DNA of 64,000 nt, taken from contig CACKSM010000001.1 in assembly GCA_902602885.1 (NCBI GenBank), positions 81,888-145,887 of the forward strand, given 5' to 3'. The translations under genes and the position numbers were made by a program. Source of the DNA: an uncultured Alphaproteobacteria bacterium (GTDB lineage: Bacteria > Pseudomonadota > Alphaproteobacteria > HIMB59 > GCA-002718135). Positions 49,392 to 59,329 of this stretch are shown here, piece after piece (the first letter of the stretch is position 1; each line of letters opens with the position of its first letter). The notes beneath the pieces are model-generated. The model saw only the letters and a program-made list of their open reading frames with translations, did no database searches and was not told the DNA's origin.

Positions 49392-50279
49392 ATGAATAAT
49401 AATATTAAGGCTGTTTTATTAACTTTGTCTGCATCTTTTTTTGCAGTTTTAATGGAAGCATTAATACGTGCAGCACAATATGATTCAAATGTTTTTACAA
49501 TTGGGTTTTTAAGATTCTTTTTTGGTTTGTTAATTATTTTTCCGTATTTAGTTAAAAATAAATTTACAACTTATAAAACAAATAATTTGAAATTCTACAT
49601 AGTTCGCGGGTTATTTAATATTCCCGTAATGATTTTAGGTTTTGGAGCTCTTGTATACATTCCTTTTGAACAATTTAAAGCTATGAATTTTTTAAGCCCA
49701 ATAATTGTCGTACTATTAAGTTTTTTAATTTTTAGTGAAAAAATTTTTAAATACAGAATTTTAGCATTAGTTATTGGTTTTTTAGGTACTATAATAATAA
49801 TAAGACCAGGTTATGTCGAATTTAACATTGGTACTATAATGGTTTTAGTTTCTTTGTTATTTTGGTCTTTTATAATTATTCTTTCAAAATATGTATCAAA
49901 AGATGATTCACCAATTACAATGGTTTCATACCAATATACTTTAATGACTTTTTTTGCCTTACCTCTAGCAATTTATTTTTGGGAAACACCTTCACTATTT
50001 TCCATCTTATATGTTTTTATTGGGGCTATATCAGGTACAATTTTACACTTGTGTTTAGGTCTTGCATATAAATATGCTGATTTATCAGTTACACAGCCAA
50101 TATGGTTTAGTGGATTAATTTTTGGATCTGCTTTTGGTTATTTTTTATTTAAAGAAATTCCAGATTTATGGACCTGGATAGGTGGAATTGTTGTATTCTC
50201 TTCAGTATTGATTATTACTTACAATGAGAGAAGTAAAGAAGAGAAGAAAAATAAAAATATTATAAATGCTATAGATTAA
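49392..50279 (+). CDS. EamA/DMT-family transporter, tandem paralog 2
   Basis: 295 aa. Shares MNNN-KA, NVFT-GFLRF-FG, NIP-M-LGF-AL and SYQYTL-TF with paralog 1. Confidence 0.85.
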   Translation: MNNNIKAVLLTLSASFFAVLMEALIRAAQYDSNVFTIGFLRFFFGLLIIFPYLVKNKFTTYKTNNLKFYIVRGLFNIPVMILGFGALVYIPFEQFKAMNFLSPIIVVLLSFLIFSEKIFKYRILALVIGFLGTIIIIRPGYVEFNIGTIMVLVSLLFWSFIIILSKYVSKDDSPITMVSYQYTLMTFFALPLAIYFWETPSLFSILYVFIGAISGTILHLCLGLAYKYADLSVTQPIWFSGLIFGSAFGYFLFKEIPDLWTWIGGIVVFSSVLIITYNERSKEEKKNKNIINAID

Positions 50280-50294
50280 TAATTGAGTAATTAT

Positions 50295-52238
50295 ATGGAT
50301 CTTACAAAAGTTAAAATAAACAATGGATTTTGGAAAAAAAGAAAAGATTTAAATATCAACTCATCTTTTTTTGAAATACTAAATTCATTTGAAAAATCTG
50401 GAAGAATAAGAGCATTGACAAATGAAAACACTTCTTCAGAAAAACCACATATATTTTGGGAATCAGATTTAGCAAAATTAATGGAAGGTGCATTTTTTTC
50501 CATGCAACAAGAAAAAAATAAGAACTTAAAAAATACATGTGATAACATTATAAAAAAAATCATCAATAATCAGGAGGATAATGGTTATTTAAATTTTTTT
50601 TTTAAATTTCATGAACCTGAAAATAAATTTACTAATTTACGCGATCGTCATGAATTATATTGTGCCGGCCATTTATTAGAATCAGCCATTGCACATTCAA
50701 AAGCAACGGGAGAAAATTATTTTTTAAATTCAATAGAAAAATATATTGATCATATAATTGATACATTTGGTCGAGAAGTTGGTAAAAAAAGAGGATATCC
50801 GGGTCATCAAGAAATTGAATTAGCTTTAGTAAAAGCTTATGAACATACAAATAAAAATAAATATTTAGACCTTGCAACATATTTTATTGAAGAAAGAGGT
50901 AAGACTGACTCTAATCACAAACATTATTTTATTAATGAAAACGAAATATTAAAAAAAAATTCACAAAAATTAGATTATTCAAAACTACCTTCCAATTTAA
51001 GAGATTTTGTTGATTTCTATTTAGCCAAAGATGAATCAGTATTTAAGGATTTAGAATATTGGCAGGCTCATAAAGAGCCAATAAAACAAAATACTGCAGA
51101 GGGGCATTCAGTTAGAGCGCTTTATATGTTTACTGCTATGGCTGATCTAGCTAGAATTAATAATAACAAAGATCTTTTGAAAACTTGCAAGCTACTTTGG
51201 CGCAATATTGTAGACAAAAGAATGTATATCCATAGTGGCGTAGGTAGTGCACATATAGGAGAGCGATTTTCTTTTGATTATGACCTTCCTAATGACATGG
51301 CTTTTGCAGAAACCTGTGCAACTATTGCACTTATTTATTTTGCAAATAGATTGTCTAAAATAGAAATTAATAGTGAATACGCTGATATTATAGAAAATAG
51401 TTTCTATAATCTTATTCTTGCTAGTACTTCTCAGGATGGAAAAGGTTTCTTTTACGATAATTATCTTGAATGTAACCCTGGTTATTTACATTTTCAAGAT
51501 AGACGACATGGGATAAGAGATGAGTATCACATTTGCTCTTGTTGTCCTCCAAATATAGCACGTCTAATTGCCAGTATGGATATGTATATTTATAATACAT
51601 ATCAAAAGTCTTTAGTAGTTGATCAATATATTAGTTCTGAATTAGATCTTTCAGATAAAGAACAAGGTTTAAAAATAATACAAACAAGTGAATTTCCATA
51701 TAAAGGTTATTCGGAGATAAAAATTTTAAATTCTAATAACAAAGAAACAATTATTTATTTTCGCATTCCATCGTGGGATCAAAAAACAAAAATATTAATC
51801 AATGGTGAAGAAATAAATTACAAAACTTTCAATGGATATGCAAAAATTTATAGAAAATGGAAAGCTGGTGATAAAATAGAATTAATATTTGATTTTACAC
51901 CTCGTTTTGTAAGAACAAATCCAAATGTAAGATATAATATTAGAAAAGCATCTATTTTTAGAGGTCCAATACTTTACTGTTTAGAAGAAATAGATAATGG
52001 AAAAAATTTAAATCGATTTGTTATAGATAGTAATAATAGTTTTAACGAAAAAGAAGATAAAATAAATTCAGAAAATATTATTTCTTTAAGTATTAATGGA
52101 TCAAAATTTGATGATACTAATGAGTTATATATTAAAGATAAGCCAAAACTTTCAGATGCATATTTAAAATTTATTCCATACTACTTATGGTCAAATAGAG
52201 GTGAAAATGAAATGTTGGTATGGATTAATGAAAAATAA
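50295..52238 (+). CDS. DUF1680 / glycoside hydrolase family 127-like protein
   Basis: HELYCAGHLLE, AEGHSVRALY and CSCCPPNIARL (Cys-rich Zn site), as in GH127 beta-L-arabinofuranosidase-like proteins. The track's alternative TTG start is at 50283. Confidence 0.8.
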   Translation: MDLTKVKINNGFWKKRKDLNINSSFFEILNSFEKSGRIRALTNENTSSEKPHIFWESDLAKLMEGAFFSMQQEKNKNLKNTCDNIIKKIINNQEDNGYLNFFFKFHEPENKFTNLRDRHELYCAGHLLESAIAHSKATGENYFLNSIEKYIDHIIDTFGREVGKKRGYPGHQEIELALVKAYEHTNKNKYLDLATYFIEERGKTDSNHKHYFINENEILKKNSQKLDYSKLPSNLRDFVDFYLAKDESVFKDLEYWQAHKEPIKQNTAEGHSVRALYMFTAMADLARINNNKDLLKTCKLLWRNIVDKRMYIHSGVGSAHIGERFSFDYDLPNDMAFAETCATIALIYFANRLSKIEINSEYADIIENSFYNLILASTSQDGKGFFYDNYLECNPGYLHFQDRRHGIRDEYHICSCCPPNIARLIASMDMYIYNTYQKSLVVDQYISSELDLSDKEQGLKIIQTSEFPYKGYSEIKILNSNNKETIIYFRIPSWDQKTKILINGEEINYKTFNGYAKIYRKWKAGDKIELIFDFTPRFVRTNPNVRYNIRKASIFRGPILYCLEEIDNGKNLNRFVIDSNNSFNEKEDKINSENIISLSINGSKFDDTNELYIKDKPKLSDAYLKFIPYYLWSNRGENEMLVWINEK

Positions 52239-52280
52239 TCTTTTCAAACTATCTTAAAGTTTCTATAAGATCTTAAAGAA

Positions 52281-53201
52281 ATGAATAACAAATATAAATA
52301 CCATGGTATGTGGCCAGTTGCTCCAACACCTTTTCATGAGAATGGTGAAGTTGATTACGAAGGAATGAATAGAGTAATTGATTGTATGGTCGATCAAAAA
52401 GTTCAGGGAATATGTATCCTTGCTAATTACTCAGAGCAATTTTTACTTTCTGATGATGAAAGAGAAAAATTAACAAAACTTTGTATGAAAAAAATTGACG
52501 GTAGAGTTAAAACAATTGTTACTGTTTCTCATTTCGCCACTGATATTGTACGCCCTCGAGCAGAATTAGCAAAATCACTGGGAGCAGATATTATAATGAT
52601 GATGCCACCTTATCATGGTGCATTGTTAAAAGGTAATCCTGATCAAATATTTGAACAGTTTAATGAAATTTCTAAAGTTGGCATACCAATTATGATACAA
52701 GATGCACCTTTATCTGGAATTGAACTTTCAGTTCCTTTACTGACAAATATGATAAATGAGATTGAGAATTTAACTTGTTTTAAAATTGAAAGTGCTAACG
52801 CAGCATCAAAAATAAGAGCACTTATTAAGAACTGTAGTTCTAGATTAGATGCACCTTTTGATGGAGAAGAAAGTATTACTTTGTATGCAGATTTAGAAGC
52901 TGGAATTTCTGGGAGTATGAGTTCAGCATTACTTCCAGAAAAAATTGCTCCAGTAATTGATCATTTTTGGAATAATGAAAAAGATAAAGCTGAAGAAGTC
53001 TATAACAGTATTCTTCCTTTAATAAATTTTGAAAATAGACAGTGTGGTTTTAGAGCTACTAAAACAGTAATGAAAGAGGGTGGGGTAATAAAATCAGATT
53101 TTTGTAGAGACCCTATTAAACCCTTGGATCAAGATACAAAAAATTTATTATTAAATTTTGCGAAAAGATATGATTTACTTACTTATAAATGGGGTAAATA
53201 G
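52281..53201 (+). CDS. DHDPS/N-acetylneuraminate-lyase family class I aldolase-type enzyme
   Basis: GMWPVAPTPFHENGEVDY, ANYSEQFLLS, MMMPPYH, FKIES (candidate Schiff-base Lys). Confidence 0.8.
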   Translation: MNNKYKYHGMWPVAPTPFHENGEVDYEGMNRVIDCMVDQKVQGICILANYSEQFLLSDDEREKLTKLCMKKIDGRVKTIVTVSHFATDIVRPRAELAKSLGADIIMMMPPYHGALLKGNPDQIFEQFNEISKVGIPIMIQDAPLSGIELSVPLLTNMINEIENLTCFKIESANAASKIRALIKNCSSRLDAPFDGEESITLYADLEAGISGSMSSALLPEKIAPVIDHFWNNEKDKAEEVYNSILPLINFENRQCGFRATKTVMKEGGVIKSDFCRDPIKPLDQDTKNLLLNFAKRYDLLTYKWGK

Positions 53202-53245
53202 TAAAATTTAATTGACAAATATTATATAAAAATTACTTATTATTT

Positions 53246-53764
53246 ATGCGTAGAGTTTTTGAAGGATTACTTGAAAGAGCAATGTTTTCAAGCAGATGGG
53301 CGTTAGCTCCTGTTTATGTTGCTCTATGTCTTACTCTACTAGTTATTACATACAAAGTTATTGCGTTATTCATTTATGAAATTACACACTTAAATGACTT
53401 AACTTTAAATGAACTTCTTGTATTTGTATTACATATTGTTGACTTAGCTCTTGTTGGAAATTTAGTTTTAATGGTTATATTTGCAGGCTATGAAAATTTT
53501 GTTTCAAAAATTGATATCGCAAATCAATCTGAAGATAAGCCAGAGTGGATGGGTAAACTAGATTTTTCAGGTTTGAAATTAAAACTTATTGCCTCAATAG
53601 TAGCAATTTCAAGTATCGGTTTACTAGAAGCCTTTATTGATGTTGGCTCAAAAACATCAGAAGAAATTTACTTAATGATATTTATTCATGCTGTATTTAT
53701 TTTATCAGGCTTAGTTATAGCAATAATGGATTATATAAGCGGAATTACTAAACATCACCCATAA
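53246..53764 (+). CDS. YqhA/UPF0114 family membrane protein
   Basis: LERAMFSSRWALAPVYVALCL N-terminus and four TM segments. Confidence 0.65.
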   Translation: MRRVFEGLLERAMFSSRWALAPVYVALCLTLLVITYKVIALFIYEITHLNDLTLNELLVFVLHIVDLALVGNLVLMVIFAGYENFVSKIDIANQSEDKPEWMGKLDFSGLKLKLIASIVAISSIGLLEAFIDVGSKTSEEIYLMIFIHAVFILSGLVIAIMDYISGITKHHP

Positions 53765-53775
53765 TTAAATAAAAA

Positions 53776-55062
53776 ATGAAACTTGATAAGTTTTTTGATG
53801 AAAAAACTGTCATAGATTTAAGCTTTTTTAATTTCTCTAATGCTGTCACTGCAGCTTATTTTGCCAACAGAAACTTAGAAGTATTGCGAGTAAATAAAAA
53901 TTTTAAAAAATTTTTTCCAATCCTTAAAACTGTCAATAATATTCCCTTTACTAGTATTTTAGAGCAACTTGGAGTTGGTGATGAATATATTAAAAATTTT
54001 CAACAAAATTTAGAAAAAAGTGGTTTTGTTATTATTCCTAAAATAGAAATCAAAATCGGTGATGAAATTAGAGTATATTCTTTACTTTCTGCTTATACTG
54101 AAAACAAAGATTTCCCTTTTTTAAATGGTATTCAAGGACAATTTGTTGATCGAACAGATGAATATAATCTTCGAAGGGAGAAGGAAGAATTACTTGATCA
54201 AAAATTAAAAGATAGAGAATTGATTGAAGAAAAAACTAAAAGATTAGAAAATATTGCTAATAGGTTATCAAAATATCTTTCACCTCAAGTATATAAGTCT
54301 ATTTTTGATGAAGAAGAGTCAGGCAAAAAAACAAAAGAGAGCTATGTAAGAAAAAATTTAACAATATTTTTCTCTGATATTGTAAATTTTACTGATTTAT
54401 CTGATGCATTAGAAGCAGAAAAACTTGCTTTAATCTTAAATAATTATCTAAGTGAAATGAGTTTAATTGCAATAAATTCAAATGCTACGATTGATAAATT
54501 TATAGGTGATGCAATACTTTCTTTTCATGGCGCCCCTGAAACACTAGGAGATGAAAACGATGCTATTAATTGTATAAGCATGGCTTTAGAAATGAAGGAA
54601 CGAGTTAAAGAACTGCAATCTTTCTGGATCAGACAGGGTGTTAAAGGTGGATTAAAGGTAAGATATGGAATCTCTTCAGGTTTTGCAAATGTTGGTGATT
54701 TCGGATCTAGCGTAATGAGTGATTATACAGCTATAGGTTCATCTGTAAATTTAGCCTCTAGATTACAATCTATTGCCCCTGAAAATGAAATTATTATTTC
54801 TGATACAACATATAATTTAGTTAAAAATCAAATAAACTGCGAAGAGTATGAAGAAATAACTCCTAAAGGTTTTGTTAGGCCTGTTAAAACTTACAAGGTT
54901 ATTGATTTTAAAAATAAAAAAATTAGCAAAACAAAAAAATCATATTCTAAAAAAGGGAACCACGTGGATATTCAAATATTTGATAGTTCTGATATGAAGG
55001 CTGCAATGAAAGAATTAAAAAAACTACAAGAAGATTTTAGTAAAGAAATTGACGAAGAGTAG
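53776..55062 (+). CDS. Class III adenylate/guanylate cyclase with N-terminal PAS-like sensor and coiled coil
   Basis: LTIFFSDIVNFTDLSD, KFIGDAILSFHG, GFANVGDFGS...DYTAIGSSVNLASRLQS. Confidence 0.85.
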   Translation: MKLDKFFDEKTVIDLSFFNFSNAVTAAYFANRNLEVLRVNKNFKKFFPILKTVNNIPFTSILEQLGVGDEYIKNFQQNLEKSGFVIIPKIEIKIGDEIRVYSLLSAYTENKDFPFLNGIQGQFVDRTDEYNLRREKEELLDQKLKDRELIEEKTKRLENIANRLSKYLSPQVYKSIFDEEESGKKTKESYVRKNLTIFFSDIVNFTDLSDALEAEKLALILNNYLSEMSLIAINSNATIDKFIGDAILSFHGAPETLGDENDAINCISMALEMKERVKELQSFWIRQGVKGGLKVRYGISSGFANVGDFGSSVMSDYTAIGSSVNLASRLQSIAPENEIIISDTTYNLVKNQINCEEYEEITPKGFVRPVKTYKVIDFKNKKISKTKKSYSKKGNHVDIQIFDSSDMKAAMKELKKLQEDFSKEIDEE

Positions 55063-55072
55063 GGGATTTATT

Positions 55073-56743
55073 CTATTTTAAAAAATTTATTATTGCATTC
55101 TTAATATCATTAACAAGATTTTTATTTTCATCTTTAGTTAATTGACTTTCATTTTTTTTCTTATCAAGTTTTAACTTTCTTTGTGCTAAAATATTTGCAA
55201 CATAATCATACACATTAGGGTTTTTAGAAAATATATCTTTTATTATATCCTTGCTTACTTTTATAACTATGCAAGGAGTTTCAGCTATAACATTAGCAGA
55301 TCTTGGTTCACCAGTTAGAAGACTTCCTTCACCAACAAAGTCCCCAACACCAAGTTTAGCTAAAAATACTTTATCTTTATTTTCATTATCTAAGTAAACA
55401 GATACTACCCCGTCATTTATAACGTATAGAGAATCACCAGAATCATTTTGTTTAATAATGTAATCGTCTTTTTCAAAATGGAGTCTTTCTGCATTTTCAG
55501 CAATCTCATCTAAATCTTCAGAATTTAATGACATAAAAATAGGAATTTTTTGGAGTAGGACCCTATTTTTCACTGATTCATTATAAGGATTAAATTCACT
55601 AACCTGTCTTTTTTCAAAATCCTCTCGACTTCTGTGTGTGTCAAGAGCATGTAGTCCTGTATCTTCTTCAAGTTTCCCATAAAGTTTTCCAGCAGACATT
55701 TGAACACCTGCATGTCTTAAAGTTTTATGTATTTCCATCATCACACTATCTTGCATCGAATTTTTTAAAATTCTTTTTGTGCAATCAAAAGCAACAACAA
55801 ATTCTAATCCAAACTCATTAGCACCTATAAAACGAACCCACTGTAAATTTAATTGCTCTCTACCATCAACCGGTTTCGCTTTTTTGAGAGCATTATAAAG
55901 TAACTTTGAAATATTTTCCGGATCATGAGAAGGATGAAAATATAGTTTATTAAAAATATGAAATCCTTCACTCATTTTTTCTTTATCTTGTTTGCTCCAA
56001 TTAGTTAAAATTGAATCTGCGACGATTTCATTTGGAATGATTACTTCAGTATTTTGAAATGTCCTTATTCTTGTACTTCTCCAGGTAATATTTTCTACAT
56101 AACCTGTTTTATCATCAACCGTAATCCAGTCATTTATTGCAAATGGTCTTTCAATATTTACAAAAATTCCTTTAATTAAATCTGATAAGCTTGATTGTAA
56201 AGAAAGTGCAATAGCAGCAAAAACTATACCACCTGCAGCAAGAATACTTGTAAGTTCTAAATTAAAAACAAAGGATAAAACTAAAAATGCAGGTATCGCA
56301 AATAATAAAAACTGAAAAAGAAATGTTATTATCTCAGGTATTGTTGTTCCTGATTTATCATTTAGTGATAATACTTCGTATTTATAAAACATCATTATAA
56401 ATATTGATGGAATAAAATATAAAGTTATCAGTAAGATTTTATCTGTAAGGTTACTTATAGTTTCATTAATAAACAAAAATTCTTTTTGAATAACTATATC
56501 ATAGGAAAAATTTACCATTAGATAGGATAAAATGGGAAGTATAATGATAGTAAATAGTACTCGTGTAATTTTTTTTAATTTGTTAAGCCGTATTACAGAG
56601 CCAATAATAAATACAGAAATGAGTATATATAAAGAATTTAAAGTAACTGCATTATTATAAAATAACAGAATAGATAAAATACATAATAAGCTTATTAAAA
56701 TTATACTAATCTTAGACAGTAGGTAAAAAATGTTAATTTTCAT
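55073..56743 (-). CDS. MscS-family mechanosensitive channel fused to a C-terminal cyclic-nucleotide-binding domain (bCNG-type)
   Basis: GGIVFAAIALSLQSSLSDLIKGIFVNIERPFAINDWI...IIPNEIVADSILTNWS (MscS pore and beta domain). C-terminal FVGEGSLLTGEPRSANVIA (cNMP phosphate-binding cassette). Confidence 0.85.
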   Translation of the reverse strand: MKINIFYLLSKISIILISLLCILSILLFYNNAVTLNSLYILISVFIIGSVIRLNKLKKITRVLFTIIILPILSYLMVNFSYDIVIQKEFLFINETISNLTDKILLITLYFIPSIFIMMFYKYEVLSLNDKSGTTIPEIITFLFQFLLFAIPAFLVLSFVFNLELTSILAAGGIVFAAIALSLQSSLSDLIKGIFVNIERPFAINDWITVDDKTGYVENITWRSTRIRTFQNTEVIIPNEIVADSILTNWSKQDKEKMSEGFHIFNKLYFHPSHDPENISKLLYNALKKAKPVDGREQLNLQWVRFIGANEFGLEFVVAFDCTKRILKNSMQDSVMMEIHKTLRHAGVQMSAGKLYGKLEEDTGLHALDTHRSREDFEKRQVSEFNPYNESVKNRVLLQKIPIFMSLNSEDLDEIAENAERLHFEKDDYIIKQNDSGDSLYVINDGVVSVYLDNENKDKVFLAKLGVGDFVGEGSLLTGEPRSANVIAETPCIVIKVSKDIIKDIFSKNPNVYDYVANILAQRKLKLDKKKNESQLTKDENKNLVNDIKNAIINFLK

Positions 56744-56777
56744 TTTGTAATTTTTGCTATAAAGAATTTATATAAAA

Positions 56778-57518
56778 ATGAATTCATTTTCAAAGTATTT
56801 ATTCGAACACTTACATTTTGGTTTAGAAGAGAAGGATTTTACATTAATTGAAAAAATTATATTCTTTCTTATTGTATTGAACTGTGTTTTTGTTGTTATT
56901 GAGTCAGAAAAATTGATTTATGAGCAATATTATCAACTCTTTGACTCAGCAAAACTTTTTTTTGGTATAGTATTTCTAATTGAGTATATTTGTAGATTAA
57001 TTGCTGTAGATCAAATTGACAAATTTAAAGGTTTTAAAGGGAAGTTTAAGTATATTTTTACATTACCTGCTCTAATTGATGCAATTGCACTTATCCCATT
57101 ATTTTTAATAGGTATAAATGAAGGTTTTTTAGTAAGATTATTAAGAGCTATAAGAATATTTAGTATTTTAAGATTTGGACGTTTTAGTGAGTCAGTAGAT
57201 TTTATACTTCATGCAATATATGACAGGAGACACGAATTAATTTTTTCATTACTACTTACTCTAAGTTTGATGTTATTGTCTGCTACTTTACTTTATGTTG
57301 TAGAGGGAGATTTGCAACCTGAAGCTTTTGGATCAATCCCAAGAGCTTTATGGGTAAGTTCTGCAGCCTTACTATCAACAGGTTATGGTGATTATACACC
57401 TATTACATTTTTAGGTAGATTTGCAGCAGTATGCACTGCATTGTTTGGAATTGGAGCAGTTGCTTTACCAGCTGGTATATTAGCAAGTGCTTTTACAGAT
57501 AGAAAAAATAAAGATTAA
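56778..57518 (+). CDS. Voltage-sensor-containing potassium channel (ion transport family)
   Basis: S4-like RLLRAIRIFSILRFGRF and K+ selectivity filter STGYGD. Confidence 0.85.
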   Translation: MNSFSKYLFEHLHFGLEEKDFTLIEKIIFFLIVLNCVFVVIESEKLIYEQYYQLFDSAKLFFGIVFLIEYICRLIAVDQIDKFKGFKGKFKYIFTLPALIDAIALIPLFLIGINEGFLVRLLRAIRIFSILRFGRFSESVDFILHAIYDRRHELIFSLLLTLSLMLLSATLLYVVEGDLQPEAFGSIPRALWVSSAALLSTGYGDYTPITFLGRFAAVCTALFGIGAVALPAGILASAFTDRKNKD

Positions 57519-59329
57519 TTAATAACCTGATTTGTAAAATTTTCTAAATTTTTATTCATTTCTTCATCTGGTAGATGAAAACTTTTAATTGTCTCTTTCC
57601 AATCTAGTTTTGAATAATCATCATATTTGTTAACAAAATATTCATTTTCTTTTAAATTAATTTCATTATTTTTTTCTTTCAATGAAAATAAGAGAAATAC
57701 CCAAGATCGTGGTTCCAACTCTTTAATTTTTTGAGCTTGAGTTATACAAACATCATAATCCTTTTTACAAAAATAACCTAAGACAAGATCTCTATATCTG
57801 TTATCTGATGTTTTTTGACCGGCAGGTATAGGATCTAATTCAAGTGCTTTATGAAGTAATTCTAATCCTTGATCAATTTTTTTATTTCTTACTAATATTT
57901 CACCGTAAACTGCAAGTACTCTTGGATCATTTGGATTCATAGAGTAGGCAATCTTTCCGTGTTCTTCTGATTCCTCATATTTTTTTTGCATTAAAGAAAT
58001 AGCTGCGCTAATTCTTCTTACTTCAAAATCGTTCTCATCATGCTCTAAACTTTTCTCAATATGATGAAAAATCATTTTCATCATTTTATCATTATCTTCA
58101 TAATATTGTTTACCTAGGCCACCACCAATTGTACAAGCTTTAAGGGAGTGTGCTCTTGCATTTGTTTCATCTTGTTCGATAGCTTTATCAAAGTGAAATA
58201 AAGCCTTATCATTATGTTCTTTTGCTGATGATTGTCTAAGCCAATGATATCTTCCAATAACTAAATTTTCATATGAATTTAAATTATCAGTAGGTTTTCT
58301 TTTTATATTTTGTAAATTTGTAAGTTCTATATTACCTAATAATTCTTTTGATATCTTTTGTACAATTTCATCTTGAATATCAAAAATGTCTTCAAGAACT
58401 CTATCATATCGATCTCCCCATATAATGGAACCATCTTTTGCATTAGTTAAATCTACTGCTACTCTTAATCTATTACCAGCTGATCTAATATTTCCACCAA
58501 CTAAAAAGTCTATTTTATGTTTTTTTGCAAATGTAAGTGCGTCTTCATTACTTTTATCATGATCGTCACATGTTTTTTTTGATACAACATCAAATTCTTT
58601 CATTCTGGAAAACTCTATAATTAAATCACCTGTAATAGCCTCTACCAAAAATTCACTATCATCATTTTTACTCACATTCTTAAATGTAAGTATTGCTATT
58701 TTTGGTTGTGAAGAATTTCGTGAAATAGTTACATTATCATCTTTTTTATTATTTTCATCTTCATTCTTTTCCTCATTTACTTCTTCAGAGAAAAAATCAT
58801 CTTCATCAATTTTTAAACCTTTTACTTTGAAAACTTCGAACTCATCGCTTATATTTTTTAGTTTTCTTGTACCATCAGCTTCTATTGAATAATCAATTCT
58901 TTTATCAACTTGATCTTTGACAATTTTTGAAACAAGAATTTTACCTGGCTCACTTTGACTTTCTAGTCTTGCAGCAATATTGACTCCTGAGCCCATAATA
59001 TTATTATTTTCTACAATCACATCATCAACATGAATACCAACTCTCCAGTTTAATTGTAACTTAGTTAAAGAATGTTCATTTCTTTCATATAATTTATCCT
59101 GGAATTCAATAGCAGCTTTAACGCACTGTACAGGACTTGGGAATTCAGCAACTACAGAGTCACCAGCAGTTGAAAAAATTTTACCACCAAATTTAGCTAT
59201 AACTTCATCAATTATTTTTCTGCATTCGTTAAGGTTGGTGAGTGTAAGCTCTTCGCTCTCCTCCATGTGTTTACTAAAATTTACACAGTCGGTAGCAAGA
59301 ATAGTTGCTAATTTTCTTTCAGAATTCAT
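57515..59329 (-). CDS. Class III adenylate/guanylate cyclase with middle domain and C-terminal TPR repeats
   Basis: LATILATDCVNFSKHME, STAGDSVVAEF and GSGVNIAARLES at the N-terminus. TPR-like helical repeats in the C-terminal 250 aa. Confidence 0.85.
   Translation of the reverse strand: MNSERKLATILATDCVNFSKHMEESEELTLTNLNECRKIIDEVIAKFGGKIFSTAGDSVVAEFPSPVQCVKAAIEFQDKLYERNEHSLTKLQLNWRVGIHVDDVIVENNNIMGSGVNIAARLESQSEPGKILVSKIVKDQVDKRIDYSIEADGTRKLKNISDEFEVFKVKGLKIDEDDFFSEEVNEEKNEDENNKKDDNVTISRNSSQPKIAILTFKNVSKNDDSEFLVEAITGDLIIEFSRMKEFDVVSKKTCDDHDKSNEDALTFAKKHKIDFLVGGNIRSAGNRLRVAVDLTNAKDGSIIWGDRYDRVLEDIFDIQDEIVQKISKELLGNIELTNLQNIKRKPTDNLNSYENLVIGRYHWLRQSSAKEHNDKALFHFDKAIEQDETNARAHSLKACTIGGGLGKQYYEDNDKMMKMIFHHIEKSLEHDENDFEVRRISAAISLMQKKYEESEEHGKIAYSMNPNDPRVLAVYGEILVRNKKIDQGLELLHKALELDPIPAGQKTSDNRYRDLVLGYFCKKDYDVCITQAQKIKELEPRSWVFLLFSLKEKNNEINLKENEYFVNKYDDYSKLDWKETIKSFHLPDEEMNKNLENFTNQVIN

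Noticed and set aside
1632-55821. ORF-track entries lying antisense to or nested within long, well-supported genes: 1632-1940(-), 3787-4047(-), 6121-6324(+), 6587-6901(-), 7400-7594(-), 8793-9134(-), 10966-11190(-), 15526-15840(-), 16821-17048(-), 21490-21699(-), 30902-31084(-), 32688-32870(+), 37430-37669(-), 42770-42985(+), 50291-50566(-), 50356-50538(-), 50632-50880(-), 55636-55821(+).
   Set aside because: Each is fully or mostly embedded in a gene with strong family motifs on the other strand or in another frame. Their translations are low-complexity or hydrophobic strings typical of shadow ORFs in AT-rich DNA, and none has recognisable motifs.
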